Source: Candidatus Wildermuthbacteria bacterium (GTDB lineage Bacteria; Patescibacteriota; Minisyncoccia; Minisyncoccales; UBA10102). From it: a DNA stretch of 35,317 bases. Numbering within the stretch: position 1 is the first letter of the stretch; every line of letters begins with the position of its first letter. The stretch covers positions 1-35,317 of the forward strand of contig JACPMK010000001.1 of assembly GCA_016186115.1 (NCBI GenBank), read 5' to 3'. The notes beneath the pieces were generated by a model. That model did not search any database. It saw only the letters and a program-made list of their open reading frames with translations, and was not told the origin of the DNA. A program made the position numbers and the translations under genes. Shown one piece after another: positions 33,498 through 35,317 of the stretch.

Positions 33498-33719
33498 ATG
33501 GTTAATCAAGTATTCGTTAGCCCTGACGGCGAGGATTGGAAAGTTAAGGTTGTCGGTAATCAAAAGGCTTCGGCCATTTGCGACACAAAAGCGGAAGCGG
33601 TTGAGCGCGCCAAAGAAATCGCGCAAAATCAACGCCTTGAACTTCTTGTCCAAAACTTAGACGGGACTATCGGCTGGAGAAATTCCTACGGGAACGATCC
33701 GAGAAAATCAAAAGGATAG
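33498..33719 (+). CDS. DUF2188-like small protein
   Basis: WKVK...AS...TKAEAVERAKEIA...DGTI..RNSYGNDP...KG. Confidence 0.85.
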   Translation: MVNQVFVSPDGEDWKVKVVGNQKASAICDTKAEAVERAKEIAQNQRLELLVQNLDGTIGWRNSYGNDPRKSKG

Positions 33720-33726
33720 AAGATAG

Positions 33727-33759
33727 AAAAAGAACGAGACCGCAACTCGTTCTTTTTTT
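33727..33759. terminator. Bidirectional terminator
   Basis: AAAAAGAACGAG-loop-CTCGTTCTTTTTTT. Confidence 0.8.
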
Positions 33760-33776
33760 GCATTTTTCAAAAATTT

Positions 33777-34862
33777 TTAACTTCTATTTCCCTTTTTAAT
33801 ATTGCAAGGACGGCATCGTAATTCAGCGTTTGAAAGTTCGGTTCTACCGCCCTTACTCCACGGGTCTACATGATCCATTGTTAATTCCTCGGTATAAAAA
33901 TACTTTTTGCAGTCCGCACATTGATATTTATTCTCTTTATTCGGCTTCTTCTTTCTTAAAAATTCTTTTTTGTCGTCGCTAGAAAATAATCTTTTATCGT
34001 CAACGCTGATATTATTAACAATGGCTTGAATAATATCTTCTATTTCTTTTGCTTTATCAGTCAATTTTGCGTCGTCGCTCTTTAAATATCTTTTGACACG
34101 AGAATTTATTTCGTCTTTATTTTGTTTCCATATAACCGAGTCCTTAAAATATTTTCTCGCCAAATCAAAATAAATATCTAATTGTCCATAGTCATCAAAA
34201 ATTTCCCTAACGAATTTAATATATTTGCCTATCTCTCTTTGGTCGTCTGTAAAAGATTTTTTCTGATTTGCATTTATATAGTCGTTTATACTCTGCGCGT
34301 CTTTCGGCAAATTTTTCAATTCCATCAATAATTGCAAAACTCTATATTGATTTTTACCTCGGCTGTTGGCGTTTAGAACTTTCAGCGCGTCTCTATCTTG
34401 CCCGACATAAACAGTTAAACCTCTTAAATACTCGCCGTGAAAAAGGCCGTTCAAGACTTCATAAGGAGAAAGTGGAACGCCCAAAGTGTTAATTCTTCTA
34501 AATATCTCCCTTTTTAATTGTTCTTTGCCTTCACAAACAATGATTGAAAGCTCGGCATTATTGATTATATCTTGAACTTTTTTGTCCGTTTGTTTCCACA
34601 ATTTATCTTGATATTGGATGTCGTTTTCAATAAATTTTTTAATGGCTTCTATTCTTTGTTTGCCGTCCAATACTTCCAAAATTCCTTCGTCATTTTTCCA
34701 AAAATAAAAAGCGGGTAACGGAATCCCATTAACGATACTGTCTATAACTAGTATTTGTTTTCCGGTATCATAAACTATCTCTCTTTGGAGTTCTATGTCG
34801 CTGATAATTTTTCCGTCCCTAAGTTGTTCGTATAAAGTTTTGATATTCATATTATTTTTCAT
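33777..34862 (-). CDS. DUF262 (GmrS/ParB-like) plus HNH endonuclease
   Basis: LQRE, IDSI..GIPLP, LDGKQR, FRRINT.G..L; CADC...DHVDPWSKGG.T..SN...CRPCN. Confidence 0.88.
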   Translation of the reverse strand: MKNNMNIKTLYEQLRDGKIISDIELQREIVYDTGKQILVIDSIVNGIPLPAFYFWKNDEGILEVLDGKQRIEAIKKFIENDIQYQDKLWKQTDKKVQDIINNAELSIIVCEGKEQLKREIFRRINTLGVPLSPYEVLNGLFHGEYLRGLTVYVGQDRDALKVLNANSRGKNQYRVLQLLMELKNLPKDAQSINDYINANQKKSFTDDQREIGKYIKFVREIFDDYGQLDIYFDLARKYFKDSVIWKQNKDEINSRVKRYLKSDDAKLTDKAKEIEDIIQAIVNNISVDDKRLFSSDDKKEFLRKKKPNKENKYQCADCKKYFYTEELTMDHVDPWSKGGRTELSNAELRCRPCNIKKGNRS

Positions 34863-35316
34863 TTTTAATTACCTCTCTATTTTTTATTAAAATTCTTTCA
34901 AAAGGTGCCCTGAAAGGTTTTCCGTCCTTTTCAATCCAGAGCGTAGCCTTATCACCCTTGAACCTTACTGTTTTTTCAACCTGAACCCCTTTTCCTACAA
35001 TCTTAAACTGCTGTGGATTATACTTTGTCAAAAAAGTAACTGGAACACCCATAATACCATCAAAATCAGAAGGTATTTTTTTTGTTTTTTCTACGTCCAC
35101 GCCATTATAATTGTAATATTTTGGGTATTTTTCGGGGCTATAATTCTCCGTCAAAATCATCCTATCGTGCCTATAAGCAACATCCAAATTCGTGTACCAT
35201 TTACAAGCACGAGGCACTGATCCTTCGGGATTTTTTGAAAGAACAAGAGTACCATCAGCTAATCGAAATCCGGATAATTGTTTTGCGTAACCAAGCCACA
35301 TTTTATTGTCTTTTAT
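34852..35316 (-). CDS. EcoRI-family adenine methyltransferase, C-terminal part (5' end outside the window)
   Basis: IKDNKMWLG, WYTNLD, YPKY.NY, IPSDFDGIMGVPVTFLTKYNP.QF; frame open to the window edge. Confidence 0.82.
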   Translation of the reverse strand: MKDNKMWLGYAKQLSGFRLADGTLVLSKNPEGSVPRACKWYTNLDVAYRHDRMILTENYSPEKYPKYYNYNGVDVEKTKKIPSDFDGIMGVPVTFLTKYNPQQFKIVGKGVQVEKTVRFKGDKATLWIEKDGKPFRAPFERILIKNREVIKNEK

Positions 35317-35317
35317 A

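Larger units (their letters stand above)
31850..35317. mobile_element. Left part of an AT-rich genomic/defence island (continues beyond the window)
   Basis: Composition shift, TA and RM-type cargo, structured border element; no integrase within the window. Confidence 0.65.

Noticed and set aside
1-35317. CRISPR array, rRNA, integrase/transposase gene, or alternative genetic code 25
   Set aside because: No regularly spaced repeats, rRNA or recombinase ORF seen. TGA ends several intact genes (e.g. 4839, 11170, 28879) and conserved Gly positions are normal, consistent with code 11.

Overview
This is most likely a Patescibacteria/CPR (Parcubacteria-like) chromosome fragment read in standard code 11. 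The taxonomy is inferred from a short IF2, a PPIase-less trigger factor, a compact type IV pilus operon, few SD motifs and tRNAs mostly lacking encoded CCA. The core (about 3.3-31.8 kb) holds nusA-tig-clpP, rny, a sensor kinase and receiver at the head of a type IV pilus operon (pilB, pilC, 3 prepilins, pilX-like, pilM/N/O), infB-rbfA, nrdR-nrdJ with a DUF6580-type membrane protein and a second TSCPD gene, rplS, an RluA synthase, an NlpC/P60 gene and 14 tRNA genes. Both ends are AT-rich accessory blocks. The left block is a 4-gene cassette (XRE HTH, RibD-C reductase, His-phosphatase, 468-aa nuclease-like unknown) bracketed by an exact 141-bp inverted repeat. The right block is a defence-type island (RelE-like toxin with HTH-Panacea antitoxin, DUF2188, DUF262-HNH, EcoRI-family methyltransferase) running off the window. 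The most interesting signal is that both blocks are bordered by related GC-rich structured elements that start with a short orphan reading frame R-T-(H/F)-F-x3-5-stop and share ordered motifs. These may be recombination-site modules of an undescribed cassette/island system. A REP-like hairpin family also recurs, once in frame inside a prepilin leader. All family calls come from motif recognition by eye; no searches were run.
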